The position numbers were made by a program, and so were the translations under genes. Positions 51,496 through 61,254 of a stretch of DNA of 64,000 nt are shown here, piece after piece. The stretch covers positions 2,788 through 66,787 of the forward strand of contig CAYPQU010000003.1 in NCBI GenBank assembly GCA_964412965.1, read 5' to 3'. The first letter of the stretch is position 1. Every line of letters begins with the position of its first letter. Source of the DNA: an uncultured Candidatus Saccharibacteria bacterium. GTDB lineage: Bacteria; Patescibacteriota; Minisyncoccia; Phycocordibacterales; UBA9973. Under the pieces are notes generated by a model. The model saw only the letters and a list, made by a program, of their open reading frames with translations. It made no database searches and had not been told where the DNA came from.

Positions 51496-51530
51496 GAAGC
51501 CCTGCGCGTATTACGCAGGGCTTTCTTTGT
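51496..51530 (+). terminator. Rho-independent terminator
   Basis: agccctgcg cgtatta cgcagggct followed by ttctttgtt. Confidence 0.6.
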
Positions 51531-51688
51531 TATCAGTCAGGGTCCACGAGCACATTTCTCGAATCTTTAAGGTTCAGTACACCTTTCGTGTATTTTGAAA
51601 TTTTTAATTTCAAAATACACGAAAGGTATTATCGTCCCTGATGAAAAAAAAATTACTTTCTACTGACAGCTATTCGCTTCGCTCATAG

Positions 51689-51759
51689 TTGCCAGTCAGG
51701 GATTCGAACCCCAATACCATCCTCCAGAGGGATGTGTCCTACCATTAGACGAACTGGCA
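51689..51759 (-). tRNA. tRNA-Gln (anticodon CTG)
   Basis: Reverse complement: acceptor tgccagt/actggca, anticodon loop ctCTGga, T-loop ggttcgaatcc. Confidence 0.75.
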
Positions 51760-51843
51760 ATGTTATTAATGCTTAACAAATACTACCACAAAACACCAAA
51801 AAAACAATTGTATTGGGTGTTATTTTGGGGTAAAATACAGAGC

Positions 51844-52569
51844 ATGAATGAAGATAAAAAATATGAATTTAAAGAAGTAACGGCTGAAGATATTAGAAAC
51901 GGAGGTATTACACTTAATGCTATTGATGGAGAAGAGGCAAAATTATGTATGATTCAAGACGAATTTCGCACTGGAATGGATCTAGTAAAAGACTTACCCC
52001 CTTCTGTGACATTTTATGGTTCAGCTAGGCTAAAAAATGACCACCCTGAATATATTAGAGCTTACAAGCTTGCATACAGAGTAGCCAAAGAACTTGGTTT
52101 TGTTGTTATCACTGGAGGAGGCCCTGGCATAATGGAAGCCGCAAACAAGGGGGCTAAAGAAGGAGGTGTGGAATCTATAGGTCTAACGATAAGACTACCA
52201 CACGAACAATACACCAATCCCTACGTAACAAAAGAGGCTTCTTTTAATTTTTTCTTCACAAGACAAGTCTGCATGTCATACACCACGGAAGCTTGCGTTT
52301 TCTGTGCTGGAGGTTTTGGAACACTAAATGAGCTTTTTGAAGTTTTGACTATTTTACAAACAAAAAAGGTTGGAAAATTTCCCGTTATTTTATACGGTGT
52401 AGAATTCTGGACCCCTCTTAAACAAATCATAAAAGACTTTTTGAGAGACAAATATGAATTAATAGATGAGGATGATCAAGAAATTTTTGTCATTACTGAT
52501 AACGAAGACGAAGTCTTAGAAATAATTAAAAAAACTAACAAAAGAGACGGTAGTGACGCTCTTTACTAA
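51844..52569 (+). CDS. LOG-family protein (TIGR00730, cytokinin riboside 5'-monophosphate phosphoribohydrolase-like)
   Basis: ITGGGPGIMEAANKGA and PGGFGTLNELFE motifs. The ORF opens at 51760, overlapping the tRNA flank, so the start at MNEDKK is preferred. Confidence 0.8.
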   Translation: MNEDKKYEFKEVTAEDIRNGGITLNAIDGEEAKLCMIQDEFRTGMDLVKDLPPSVTFYGSARLKNDHPEYIRAYKLAYRVAKELGFVVITGGGPGIMEAANKGAKEGGVESIGLTIRLPHEQYTNPYVTKEASFNFFFTRQVCMSYTTEACVFCAGGFGTLNELFEVLTILQTKKVGKFPVILYGVEFWTPLKQIIKDFLRDKYELIDEDDQEIFVITDNEDEVLEIIKKTNKRDGSDALY

Positions 52570-52586
52570 AAAATAAGTTGAAATAA

Positions 52587-52620
52587 AAATCCAGCTTAAA
52601 CGCTGGGTTTTTATTTTTTG
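52587..52620. terminator. Bidirectional terminator
   Basis: atccagc ttaaacg ctgggt followed by ttttattttttg. Confidence 0.55.
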
Positions 52621-54281
52621 ATACAAGCTTTTACGAAGGCGTTAAAAAGTGGATGTGGCTCAAGCGGTCTTGCATTAAACTCTGGATGGAATTGTGTGCC
52701 CAAGAAGAAAGGATGCTTTTCTCTAGATAACTCTGCTATTTCACACAACTGACCATCAGGAGATTTCCCTGAGAATATTAATCCCGCTTTCTCTAGTCTC
52801 TCTATGTATGCATTGTTTACTTCATAGCGATGTCTGTGCCTTTCTGAAATTTCTTTTTTATTATAAGATAGTCTTGCAATACTTCCTTCTCTTAAGATTG
52901 CCTTATACGCACCGAGTCTCATGCTTCCACCCATTAGTCTCATTTTTATTTTTTCTTTTTGATCTTCCATTTCATCTACAACTAGATTTTTAGAATTCGG
53001 GTTTATTTCTCTAGTATTGGCATCTTTTAACCTCAGTACGTTTCTGGCATATTCAATAACCATCAATTGCATTCCATAACAAAGTCCAAAATAAGGTATT
53101 TTATTCTTTCTAGCGTACTCTATTGTCTTTATTATTCCCTCTATACCCCTTGAGCCAAATCCCCCTGGAACAATTATGCCATCATATTTCTTGAGTTCTT
53201 TTAATTTTCCTGGGTCTTTTTCATATTCAGCAGAAGATATCCAAGTTAAAGAAGGTTTTCTTTTATGGTAATAGGAAGAATATTTAACCGCTTCGATTAC
53301 ACTCAAATAAGAATCGGAAAAAGTAAAATCTCCGGTATTAAAATATTTACCAACCACAGCAATCTTTAAATCTTTTTTCAAACCACAAGTTGATTTTGCA
53401 AATTTTTGCCAAGCTGAAGGGTTCTTTTTCTTTTTATAAGACAATCCAACTGTCTCGCAAATAATTTTCCCTAAATTTTCTTTCTCATAATTCTGTGGAA
53501 TATCATAAATACTATCCACATCAGGAGAAGAAATTACTCGATCTTTTGGAATATTACAAAACATTGAAATTTTTTCTTTTCTAGGATTGTCTAGTGGTAT
53601 TTTACTTCTAGCTAAGATTATATCTGGTTGTATCCCAGACGCATTGAGTGTCCTTACAGCATATTGAGTGGGTTTAGTTTTCATCTCTCCTACTTTTGAA
53701 GGGATAGGTAAAAACGAAACCATCACAAAGAAAACATCCGCAGGATTCTTAATTTTCATCATCCTGGCAGCTTCTAAAAAAAGCATGTTTTGATATTCTC
53801 CTATCGTTCCACCTATTTCTATCATGACTACATTAGCATTGGCCCTATCTCTAGCTTCTTCGATTCGACGGATAACCTCTAATGGAATATGAGGAACAAC
53901 TTCTACACATTTTCCTCCGTATTCTAAATTTCTTTCTTTCTTGATAACATTTTCATACACACGCCCCGTCGTCATGTAATTGATATTAGGCAAGGTCGTA
54001 TTTAAAAATCTTTCATAGTTGCCCATGTCTTGATCACATTCATAACCATCATCCAACACAAAAACTTCTCCGTGTTCTGTTGGATTCATTGTACCAGCAT
54101 CAATATTTATGTAAGGATCTATCTTTATAGAAGTTACTCGATGTCCTTGATCAAGCAATATTCTACCTATTGAGGAAGAGGCAACCCCCTTTCCAACGCC
54201 AGAAATGACTCCACCGACGACAAAGATATACTTACAGTTTTTTTTCTTGTGTATGTCTTTTTTCGCCAACGTGTTTCTCAT
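52611..54281 (-). CDS. pyrG: CTP synthase
   Basis: YIFVVGGVISGVGKG N-terminus and a glutamine amidotransferase C-terminal domain. Confidence 0.95.
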   Translation of the reverse strand: MRNTLAKKDIHKKKNCKYIFVVGGVISGVGKGVASSSIGRILLDQGHRVTSIKIDPYINIDAGTMNPTEHGEVFVLDDGYECDQDMGNYERFLNTTLPNINYMTTGRVYENVIKKERNLEYGGKCVEVVPHIPLEVIRRIEEARDRANANVVMIEIGGTIGEYQNMLFLEAARMMKIKNPADVFFVMVSFLPIPSKVGEMKTKPTQYAVRTLNASGIQPDIILARSKIPLDNPRKEKISMFCNIPKDRVISSPDVDSIYDIPQNYEKENLGKIICETVGLSYKKKKNPSAWQKFAKSTCGLKKDLKIAVVGKYFNTGDFTFSDSYLSVIEAVKYSSYYHKRKPSLTWISSAEYEKDPGKLKELKKYDGIIVPGGFGSRGIEGIIKTIEYARKNKIPYFGLCYGMQLMVIEYARNVLRLKDANTREINPNSKNLVVDEMEDQKEKIKMRLMGGSMRLGAYKAILREGSIARLSYNKKEISERHRHRYEVNNAYIERLEKAGLIFSGKSPDGQLCEIAELSREKHPFFLGTQFHPEFNARPLEPHPLFNAFVKACIKK

Positions 54282-54282
54282 T

Positions 54283-55206
54283 TTATCTCTTTAAATACTT
54301 GTGGACTGCAAAAAAACTAGAAATTCCGCCTATAATAGTTCCCGAGCCCAACATTATTATAAATAATTGTAAAAAGTTTGATTTATAATAAGAAAACAGG
54401 TTTATTCCAATAAATTCTGTCATTTGATTACCAAGCCAAACAGAAACAGGAATAAAAATAATTGCTGTTGCAATAGAGGCCATAACTCCAACTATTATTC
54501 CCGAAACCATAAACGGACCTCTTATGTAATCCCCTCCAGCACCTACCAATTTCATAACCCCAATTTCTTCCCGAGAGATATAAATAATTAGCTTAACAGT
54601 ACTAAAGGTTATAACTAAAGATATTATTACTAGAATAAGAGACACAGCAAAACCTAACTGCTTAGCTCCATTGATTATCGAAGTCAATCTATCTATGACC
54701 ATTTTGTTTTGGCTATAATCTATCTTGTCGATAATCATAAGTTCTCCCCGAGAAATTGTATTTTCACTTTCAAAGTATTTAGAGATACTCTCGTATTGAG
54801 AAGGGTCTTTTGCTCGGATATTTAAAGATGCACCAAGTGGATTCTCTCCTAATTCTTCAAGGGCCTGCAAGGTTAAATAGTCATTAGCGTGTTTTTCTTT
54901 AAAATCAATTAAAGCCTGATCGTCTGAAACGAATTCTATGTCTTTAACTTCTGGAAGTTTTTCTAAAGATTCTTTAATATTTAAAATTGACTCCTCTGAT
55001 GCATTAGGTACGAAATAAACCGTTACATCCACCTTGTCTTTTATTTCATCCAGAGAAGCATTTAGAGCAGCTTGTATGAGTATTAGAGAGGTTATCACAA
55101 ATAAAGTTATGGTCATTATCAAAATGCTTGCAACAGAAGTAAAACCGCTTCTTTTGAAATTGCGACATCCGGACACTACCACTCTTTTAAATTTAATAAA
55201 ATTCAT
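54283..55206 (-). CDS. ftsX: Cell division permease FtsX
   Basis: Four-TM FtsX-like topology with a periplasmic domain, next to ftsE. Confidence 0.8.
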   Translation of the reverse strand: MNFIKFKRVVVSGCRNFKRSGFTSVASILIMTITLFVITSLILIQAALNASLDEIKDKVDVTVYFVPNASEESILNIKESLEKLPEVKDIEFVSDDQALIDFKEKHANDYLTLQALEELGENPLGASLNIRAKDPSQYESISKYFESENTISRGELMIIDKIDYSQNKMVIDRLTSIINGAKQLGFAVSLILVIISLVITFSTVKLIIYISREEIGVMKLVGAGGDYIRGPFMVSGIIVGVMASIATAIIFIPVSVWLGNQMTEFIGINLFSYYKSNFLQLFIIMLGSGTIIGGISSFFAVHKYLKR

Positions 55207-55215
55207 ATATTTTAA

Positions 55216-55893
55216 TTATAGCATGTACTTGCCATCTTTGTCGTCTCTTACAACACGACCATTCTCCAAAGTAATAACTCTTTTCTTAACTTGATCTATA
55301 ACCGTCCTATTGTGAGTTGTCAAAATAACAGTTGTCCCTAATTCATTTATTTTCTTCAGAAGATTAACTACGTCGTTTGTGTTAATTGGGTCAAGGTTAC
55401 CTGTAGGCTCGTCGGCTATAATAATATCTGGTTGGGTAATTATCGCACGAGCAATAGCTAGTCTTTGTTTTTCACCCCCAGATAGTTGATGAGGGAAATT
55501 ATTTTCTTTTCCTTTTAATCCCACTAACTCTAAGACTCTAGGAACATCATCTCTTATCTCTTCTTCGTCTTTATCAACAGCCTCCATCGCAAAAGCTATA
55601 TTTTCATAGACTGTCTTATTTGGTAAAAGCCTGAAATCCTGAAAAACAGTTCCTATTTTCCTTCTTAATTTAGTCAATTCTTTAGTTGTTAATTTGGTGA
55701 TATCTGTTGAATCAAAAAATATTGAACCTTGAGACGGATCTTCTTCTGCTAATATTAATTTGGTTAAAGTTGTCTTACCTGCCCCTGAGTGACCCACGAT
55801 AGACACAAATTCTCCTTGAGAGATAGTAATATTAATGTCCTCTAGGCAGACATTATCTGAATATTTTTTTGTTACATTATTAAAATAAATCAT
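55216..55893 (-). CDS. ftsE: Cell division ATP-binding protein FtsE
   Basis: ABC ATPase: Walker [10 protein letters not shown], signature LSGGEKQR. Confidence 0.9.
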   Translation of the reverse strand: MIYFNNVTKKYSDNVCLEDINITISQGEFVSIVGHSGAGKTTLTKLILAEEDPSQGSIFFDSTDITKLTTKELTKLRRKIGTVFQDFRLLPNKTVYENIAFAMEAVDKDEEEIRDDVPRVLELVGLKGKENNFPHQLSGGEKQRLAIARAIITQPDIIIADEPTGNLDPINTNDVVNLLKKINELGTTVILTTHNRTVIDQVKKRVITLENGRVVRDDKDGKYML

Positions 55894-56084
55894 TGTCTAT
55901 CTAAGAGTATCACAAATCCTTCTCGGCTTCAATCCTGTTAGAAAAAAGTCGCCCCGAGGTGACTGAAGCACTCAATTGCTATTGAGGGCGTTTTCTAACG
56001 GGATCAATAAATTCATCTAAATATCTTTAAGGTCAAAAATTCCAAATTACAAAACCTAAAAAATCACAAAACTCAATCTACAAG

Positions 56085-57089
56085 CTACCTTGTAAAACTG
56101 CGGGAGGAACGAAAGCCCAAAGGGTCGTACTGAAACGAAAAACCACAGACATTGACAACGCGCTTGCCACTGCTGGGATCCAAAGTCGAAAAGACAAGAC
56201 GGGAACCGCTTTTGGTAGAGAGCCATATCCAGCCATCTTTATCTAAGTGTTTGCCTGTTTCTTCAAAGTATTTCTTGGATAGTATGAGATATTCTTCAAG
56301 GGATAGAGTGGTATCTAGAGGGACATCTTGACCTTTGATGTTTAGTGTTTGAGCTAGTTCTGGGTGGTCTTTCAAGTTTTGAGTGTTGTGAGTGAGGATG
56401 AGACGGATTTTGTCTTGATTTTGACTTTGGGCTTTCTTGAAGCTTCCACCTTCTTTAAAGTTATCACTTTCCCAATACTTTGCGTCCTTCATCTTCTTAG
56501 CTAGGTCTGGTAAGTCGGTGGTAGGAGGGATTAAGATGATTTCATTGAATCCGTGAGCTTCTATCTCTTTCTCGATTTCATCTAGATTATTGTTCCATAT
56601 CTCTTTGATTTGTTCTTCAAAGTCATCTGCAACTTCTAGATTGTGTTTCTTGTAGAAAGATATGTATTCGTTTAGCTTTTGTTCAATGTTTAGAGTGATT
56701 TGTTCGGTTTTTTCTACCTTACCGTCCTTGTTGATGAAGGTGTAGATGGAGGAGATTTTTTCGGTGTGAGAAGGTAGAGGTTCACCACTATCTAGTCTTT
56801 CTTTCATCTTCTCTACTCTATCCATCATACTGTTTAGCTTTTCTTGCATAGTTACCTTTCTTTCTTCTCCTTTTCCTTCTTTTTCATCTTCTTGATCGTT
56901 AAATAATCCTTGTGATATGGATTCTTTATATTCTTCTATGGCTTCTTGTATTGGGAGTTTAAGTGATTGTATTTTACCTTCTAATATACTCCTCAATTCT
57001 TCTTGAGATTTCTCTGGTTTTGGAACACTTTTTTCTTGGGTTTGAGTGTTCTCTTTTTTGCTTTTGAATAGGTTGGTGAGAGATTCCAT
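56085..57089 (-). CDS. Hypervariable-C-terminus paralog 1 (~330-aa family; candidate DGR-type variable protein with a CLec/FGE-like C-terminal end)
   Basis: N-terminal 40 aa nearly identical to the paralogs at 57112 and 60240. The C-terminus ...WLSTKSGSRLVFS...LGFRSSRSFTR is GC-rich and divergent. Confidence 0.7.
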   Translation of the reverse strand: MESLTNLFKSKKENTQTQEKSVPKPEKSQEELRSILEGKIQSLKLPIQEAIEEYKESISQGLFNDQEDEKEGKGEERKVTMQEKLNSMMDRVEKMKERLDSGEPLPSHTEKISSIYTFINKDGKVEKTEQITLNIEQKLNEYISFYKKHNLEVADDFEEQIKEIWNNNLDEIEKEIEAHGFNEIILIPPTTDLPDLAKKMKDAKYWESDNFKEGGSFKKAQSQNQDKIRLILTHNTQNLKDHPELAQTLNIKGQDVPLDTTLSLEEYLILSKKYFEETGKHLDKDGWIWLSTKSGSRLVFSTLDPSSGKRVVNVCGFSFQYDPLGFRSSRSFTR

Positions 57090-57111
57090 GATAAAAGGTT
57101 ATAAGTACAAG

Positions 57112-58104
57112 CTACTTCATATAACTACAGGAGGAACGGAACCCCAAACCGCCACCCTGAGCCGAAAAGCCACGGGCACCGACAAGGCGCTTGCGGTCGC
57201 CGAGATCCCAATACGAATAGACGAGACGAGCACCAGATTTGGTTGCAAGCCAAGTATAGTTATCTTCATCTAGGTGGTGACCTGTTTCTTCAAAATATTT
57301 CTTGGAAAGGATAAGGTATTCTTCGAGAGAAAGAGTCTTGTCTAGGGGAACGTCTTGTCCTTTGGTATTTAGAGTTTTAGCTAGTTCGGGGTGATCTTTC
57401 AGATTTTGGACTTTGTGAGTGAGAATTATGCGAGTCTTGTCTTGATTTTGACTTTGAGCTTTCTTAAAACTTCCACCCTGTTTGAAATTACCACTTTCCC
57501 AGTATTTTGTTTCTTTCATTTTCTCTGCTAAATCTGATAGATCTGTGGTAGGGGGAATTAGCAGGATTTCATTGAATCCGTGTCCCTCTATCTGTTTCAG
57601 TATGTCGTCTGTGTTTTCTTCCCAAATATCTCTGATATCTTCTTCAAAATTATCGGGTATTTCTACACCATGCGAATCGTAAAAAGAAATGTATTCGTTT
57701 AACTTTTGTTCGATATTTAATGTGATTTGTTCGACTTTCCTTGTGTCGGGGAAAGTGTAGGAGGATTCGATTGAATCGGTAAGTGAGGGTAGTATTTCAT
57801 TGCTGTCTAGCTTGGCTTTCATCTTCTCTACTCTATCTAGCATACTATTGATCTTTTCTTGCATAACTGTCTTTCTTTCTTCACCTTTTCCTTCTTCTTC
57901 ATCTTCTTGATCGTTAAATAATCCTTGTGATATGGATTCTTTGTATTCTTCTATGGCTTCTTGTATTGGGAGTTTAAATGATTGTATTTTACCTTCTAAT
58001 ATACTCCTCAATTCTTCTTGAGATTTCTCTGGTTTTGGAACACTTTTTTCTTGGGTTTGAGTGTTCTCTTTTTTGCTTTTGAATAGGTTGGTGAGGGATT
58101 CCAT
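57112..58104 (-). CDS. Hypervariable-C-terminus paralog 2
   Basis: Same family. Its 3' ~170 nt are identical to the 3' end of the AAA-fusion gene (61255-61420). Confidence 0.7.
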   Translation of the reverse strand: MESLTNLFKSKKENTQTQEKSVPKPEKSQEELRSILEGKIQSFKLPIQEAIEEYKESISQGLFNDQEDEEEGKGEERKTVMQEKINSMLDRVEKMKAKLDSNEILPSLTDSIESSYTFPDTRKVEQITLNIEQKLNEYISFYDSHGVEIPDNFEEDIRDIWEENTDDILKQIEGHGFNEILLIPPTTDLSDLAEKMKETKYWESGNFKQGGSFKKAQSQNQDKTRIILTHKVQNLKDHPELAKTLNTKGQDVPLDKTLSLEEYLILSKKYFEETGHHLDEDNYTWLATKSGARLVYSYWDLGDRKRLVGARGFSAQGGGLGFRSSCSYMK

Positions 58105-58124
58105 GGGGAAATTATAGCATAATA

Positions 58125-60209
58125 TTATATATCTTTTAAGTGTTCTTTTAATAGTTCTGACAACACTAATGGTAAATTCTTTACATTTTCAACAACCAGA
58201 GCGTTTGGAGAATAAGTCGAAATGACAGCACCCCCTGAGTTGGTAATACCTAATCCGACGACAACAATCCCTTTATTTCGAAGAACTTTCAAGATAGACT
58301 GAACCCGAGAGGGATTGTCACTTTCTCCATCGGTCATAACTATAACAATTTTCTTCAACATTCCTTCTTCTATTTTCTTTTCTACTTCTGGGTCTAGTTT
58401 GTCTTCAATACTTTCAAGACAAAAAAAGTCCGTAGTGGAGCCATTGATATCATAAAGTTTATTTAAGATATTTATCCTTTCTGCCTCACCGAGATCTTTT
58501 GACATAATTTTAATTGGTTTTTTGTCTTCGTTGTTGCCTGCAAAAGAATATATCTCTGATTTTACTTCGAGTGGTTTATCCATATTCATCTTCTCCTCTT
58601 CTGTCATTTCCGCAAATTCTTTCAAGGTTTCCATCATAAGAACTGCGGACTTCCTTTGCTCTTCAGCATTTTCTCCCCCCATAGATCCCGAGCGATCACA
58701 GACAAGAGTTATCTCAACTTCACCAAATCTATCTCCTTTTTTTTCTTTTAACTCTATGTCTTCCCAAACTCGAGGTTCCAAATTACCAGACTTAACTTCC
58801 GCGACAAGCTGACTAGGATCTACCAAATAATCCCCTTCCTCTGTTGGATATTTGGGGACAAAAGACTTTTGGGTTCTTTTAGAAATTATCCGAAAGAAGA
58901 GATTTTTCATTTCTTCCAGCACTTCTACGCCGGTATTCTCATTCACCATACTGCGAACCTGCTCTGCAACCTTTCGATAATTTTGCAAACTTTCTTTAGT
59001 AACTCCTATCTTTTCAGCATAATCTTCATCTGCCTTGTCTTTGTTTTCTTTACAGTTTTCTTTGTTTTTCTTCCATTCTTCAAATGCTTTCTCTATATCT
59101 TCTATCGAAATAGCTTCAGGGAATTTCTTCTCGACCTCACTATACTCTTTTTCAAAAATTTTATTTGGATCTTTTTCTTCTTCTCTATCACCACCTTTTC
59201 CTTTCTTTTCTTTTTGTTTTTTGTCTTTACCGTTTTTTGATTCCCCTTCTCCTTCTTCTTCTACACTTTCATTTCCATCATTTTTATCTTCTCTGTCTTG
59301 TTCTTCTGATTTTTGATCATCTTTCTCTCCTCCGTTGTTTTCTTCTTTTGAATCTTGAGAATCTTTTTTATTTCCCCCTTCTTTTTCTTCTAGTTCACCT
59401 TCTCCGCTCTGCCCTTTACCCTCAGAATTTTCTTGACCGCTATCTTCTTCTTTTTTATTATTCCTATCTTCTATATCTTTCTCCAAAAGACTTTGCACTC
59501 TTGGCCAAATATATTTGTCTTGCAATTCCCATCTCAATGACATTGGAGTTTCAGGATTTGTCATGATATCCATCAGACCCTTCACTTTTTCTATTTCTAC
59601 AATCTTCTGTCTTACATCATTTCCCACTATGCACTTTTCATTTTTTACTCTTGCTTCCCGTAGAAGAGCCTCACAAATTTGAATATGTCTTGGTTGTGAA
59701 GTAAAATCTATTTCTTTAAACAAGTTTTCTCTATACATCTTGTCTTCTATTTCTTTCATGCCTTCATTCGTTCTCGATATCACAGATCTATTTTCACGAA
59801 TATCGGCAATGCAATTATCCATTAACCCAAAAGCTTTAGATTTTTTATTTTTTTCTAAATAATTCTTAAAAGATTTTTCCCCATTTTTTTCTTTTAATAC
59901 TTGGATTTTCTCTGAGAAATGTTCCACCTCGTGCAAGGTTGCAAAAATCGTTTTCTCATCAGAAAACCCTGCTTCTTTATAAAACATTGGATTCACATAA
60001 ATAGTATTGTTTTCAAGGTTAAAAGCAAAAGTATTCAAACCGGCAGGAGAAGGTTCTATCTTTATTTTTCCTTTTGAGTAGTGTTCAAAAAAATCTCTGT
60101 TTTTCTCCACAAAGTCAAAAGCTTCGTTATTTACACCTTCACCCTCAAAAGATCTAGGTTTCGCAACCTTTTCTTCTTTTTTTATTTCTTTTAATCTAAA
60201 TTTTTCCAT
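58125..60209 (-). CDS. von Willebrand factor A (vWA) domain protein with an acidic low-complexity linker
   Basis: C-terminal vWA with MIDAS motif DRSGSMGG and a later TDG motif (VMTDGESDN). The middle is E/K/D-rich. Confidence 0.75.
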   Translation of the reverse strand: MEKFRLKEIKKEEKVAKPRSFEGEGVNNEAFDFVEKNRDFFEHYSKGKIKIEPSPAGLNTFAFNLENNTIYVNPMFYKEAGFSDEKTIFATLHEVEHFSEKIQVLKEKNGEKSFKNYLEKNKKSKAFGLMDNCIADIRENRSVISRTNEGMKEIEDKMYRENLFKEIDFTSQPRHIQICEALLREARVKNEKCIVGNDVRQKIVEIEKVKGLMDIMTNPETPMSLRWELQDKYIWPRVQSLLEKDIEDRNNKKEEDSGQENSEGKGQSGEGELEEKEGGNKKDSQDSKEENNGGEKDDQKSEEQDREDKNDGNESVEEEGEGESKNGKDKKQKEKKGKGGDREEEKDPNKIFEKEYSEVEKKFPEAISIEDIEKAFEEWKKNKENCKENKDKADEDYAEKIGVTKESLQNYRKVAEQVRSMVNENTGVEVLEEMKNLFFRIISKRTQKSFVPKYPTEEGDYLVDPSQLVAEVKSGNLEPRVWEDIELKEKKGDRFGEVEITLVCDRSGSMGGENAEEQRKSAVLMMETLKEFAEMTEEEKMNMDKPLEVKSEIYSFAGNNEDKKPIKIMSKDLGEAERINILNKLYDINGSTTDFFCLESIEDKLDPEVEKKIEEGMLKKIVIVMTDGESDNPSRVQSILKVLRNKGIVVVGLGITNSGGAVISTYSPNALVVENVKNLPLVLSELLKEHLKDI

Positions 60210-60239
60210 GTAATCTGTTGTATCAAAAAAAGCTACAAG

Positions 60240-61232
60240 CTACTTCATATAACTGCGGGAGGAACGAAAGCCCAAACGGCCGCTCCGATACGAAAAAGCA
60301 TCGGCATCGACACAGCGCCGGTCACGGCCGGGATCCCAATCCGAACAGACAAGACGGGAACCGCTTTCTGTCGAGAGCCAAGTCGCACCGTATTCATCTA
60401 AGTGCTTGCCTGTTTCTTCAAAGTATTTCTTGCATAGTATGAGGTATTCTTCAAGAGACAGAGTGATGTCTAAGGGGACATCTTCTCCTTTGATGTTTAA
60501 GGTTTGAGCTATTTCGGGATGGTCTTTCAAGTTTTGAGTGTTGTGAGTGAGGATGAGACGTACTTTGTCTTGATTTTGACTTTGAGCTTTTTCGAAACTT
60601 CCACCTTCTTTGAAATTATCACCTTCCCAATACTTTGCCTCCTTCATCTTCTCTGCTAAATCTGATAGATCTGTGGTTGGTGGAATTAGCAGGATTTCAT
60701 TGAATCCATGTTCTGTCATCTGCTTTTTAATGTCATTGATATTTGCTTCCCAGATATCTTTGATGTCTTCTTCGAAATTATCGGGTATTTCTACACCATG
60801 TGAATCATAGAAAGAAATGTATTCGTTTAACTTTTGTTCGATATTTAATGTGATTTGTTCGACTTTCCTTGTGTCGGGGAAAGTGTAGGAGGATTCGATT
60901 GATTCGGTAAGTGAGGGTAGTATTTCATTGCTGTCTAGCTTGGTTTTCATTTTTTCTACTTTGTCTAACATGCTATTTAACTTCTTTTGCATAGACATCT
61001 TTCTTTCTTCTCCTTTTCCTTCTTCTTCGTCTTCTTGATCATCAAACTTACCATCTTCTAATGATGTTTGATATTCTTTGATTAATTCTTCGATTGGAGT
61101 TTTAAGTGATTGTATTTTACCTTCTAATATACCCCTCAGTTCTTCTTGAGATTTCTCTGGTTTTGGAACACTTTTTTCTTGAGTGTTCGTGTTCTCTTTT
61201 TTGCTTTTGAATAGGTTGGTGAGAGATTCCAT
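60240..61232 (-). CDS. Hypervariable-C-terminus paralog 3
   Basis: Same family. C-terminus ...WLSTESGSRLVCSDWDPGRDRRCVDADAFSYRSGRLGFRSSRSYMK. Confidence 0.7.
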   Translation of the reverse strand: MESLTNLFKSKKENTNTQEKSVPKPEKSQEELRGILEGKIQSLKTPIEELIKEYQTSLEDGKFDDQEDEEEGKGEERKMSMQKKLNSMLDKVEKMKTKLDSNEILPSLTESIESSYTFPDTRKVEQITLNIEQKLNEYISFYDSHGVEIPDNFEEDIKDIWEANINDIKKQMTEHGFNEILLIPPTTDLSDLAEKMKEAKYWEGDNFKEGGSFEKAQSQNQDKVRLILTHNTQNLKDHPEIAQTLNIKGEDVPLDITLSLEEYLILCKKYFEETGKHLDEYGATWLSTESGSRLVCSDWDPGRDRRCVDADAFSYRSGRLGFRSSRSYMK

Positions 61233-61254
61233 GATAAAAGGTTATAAGTACAAG

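Noticed and set aside
58522-59566. Stack of S/L/F-rich ORFs antisense to the vWA gene's acidic linker
   Set aside because: They are low-complexity reverse-strand reading frames of an E/K/D-rich coding repeat. They are typical spurious ORFs.
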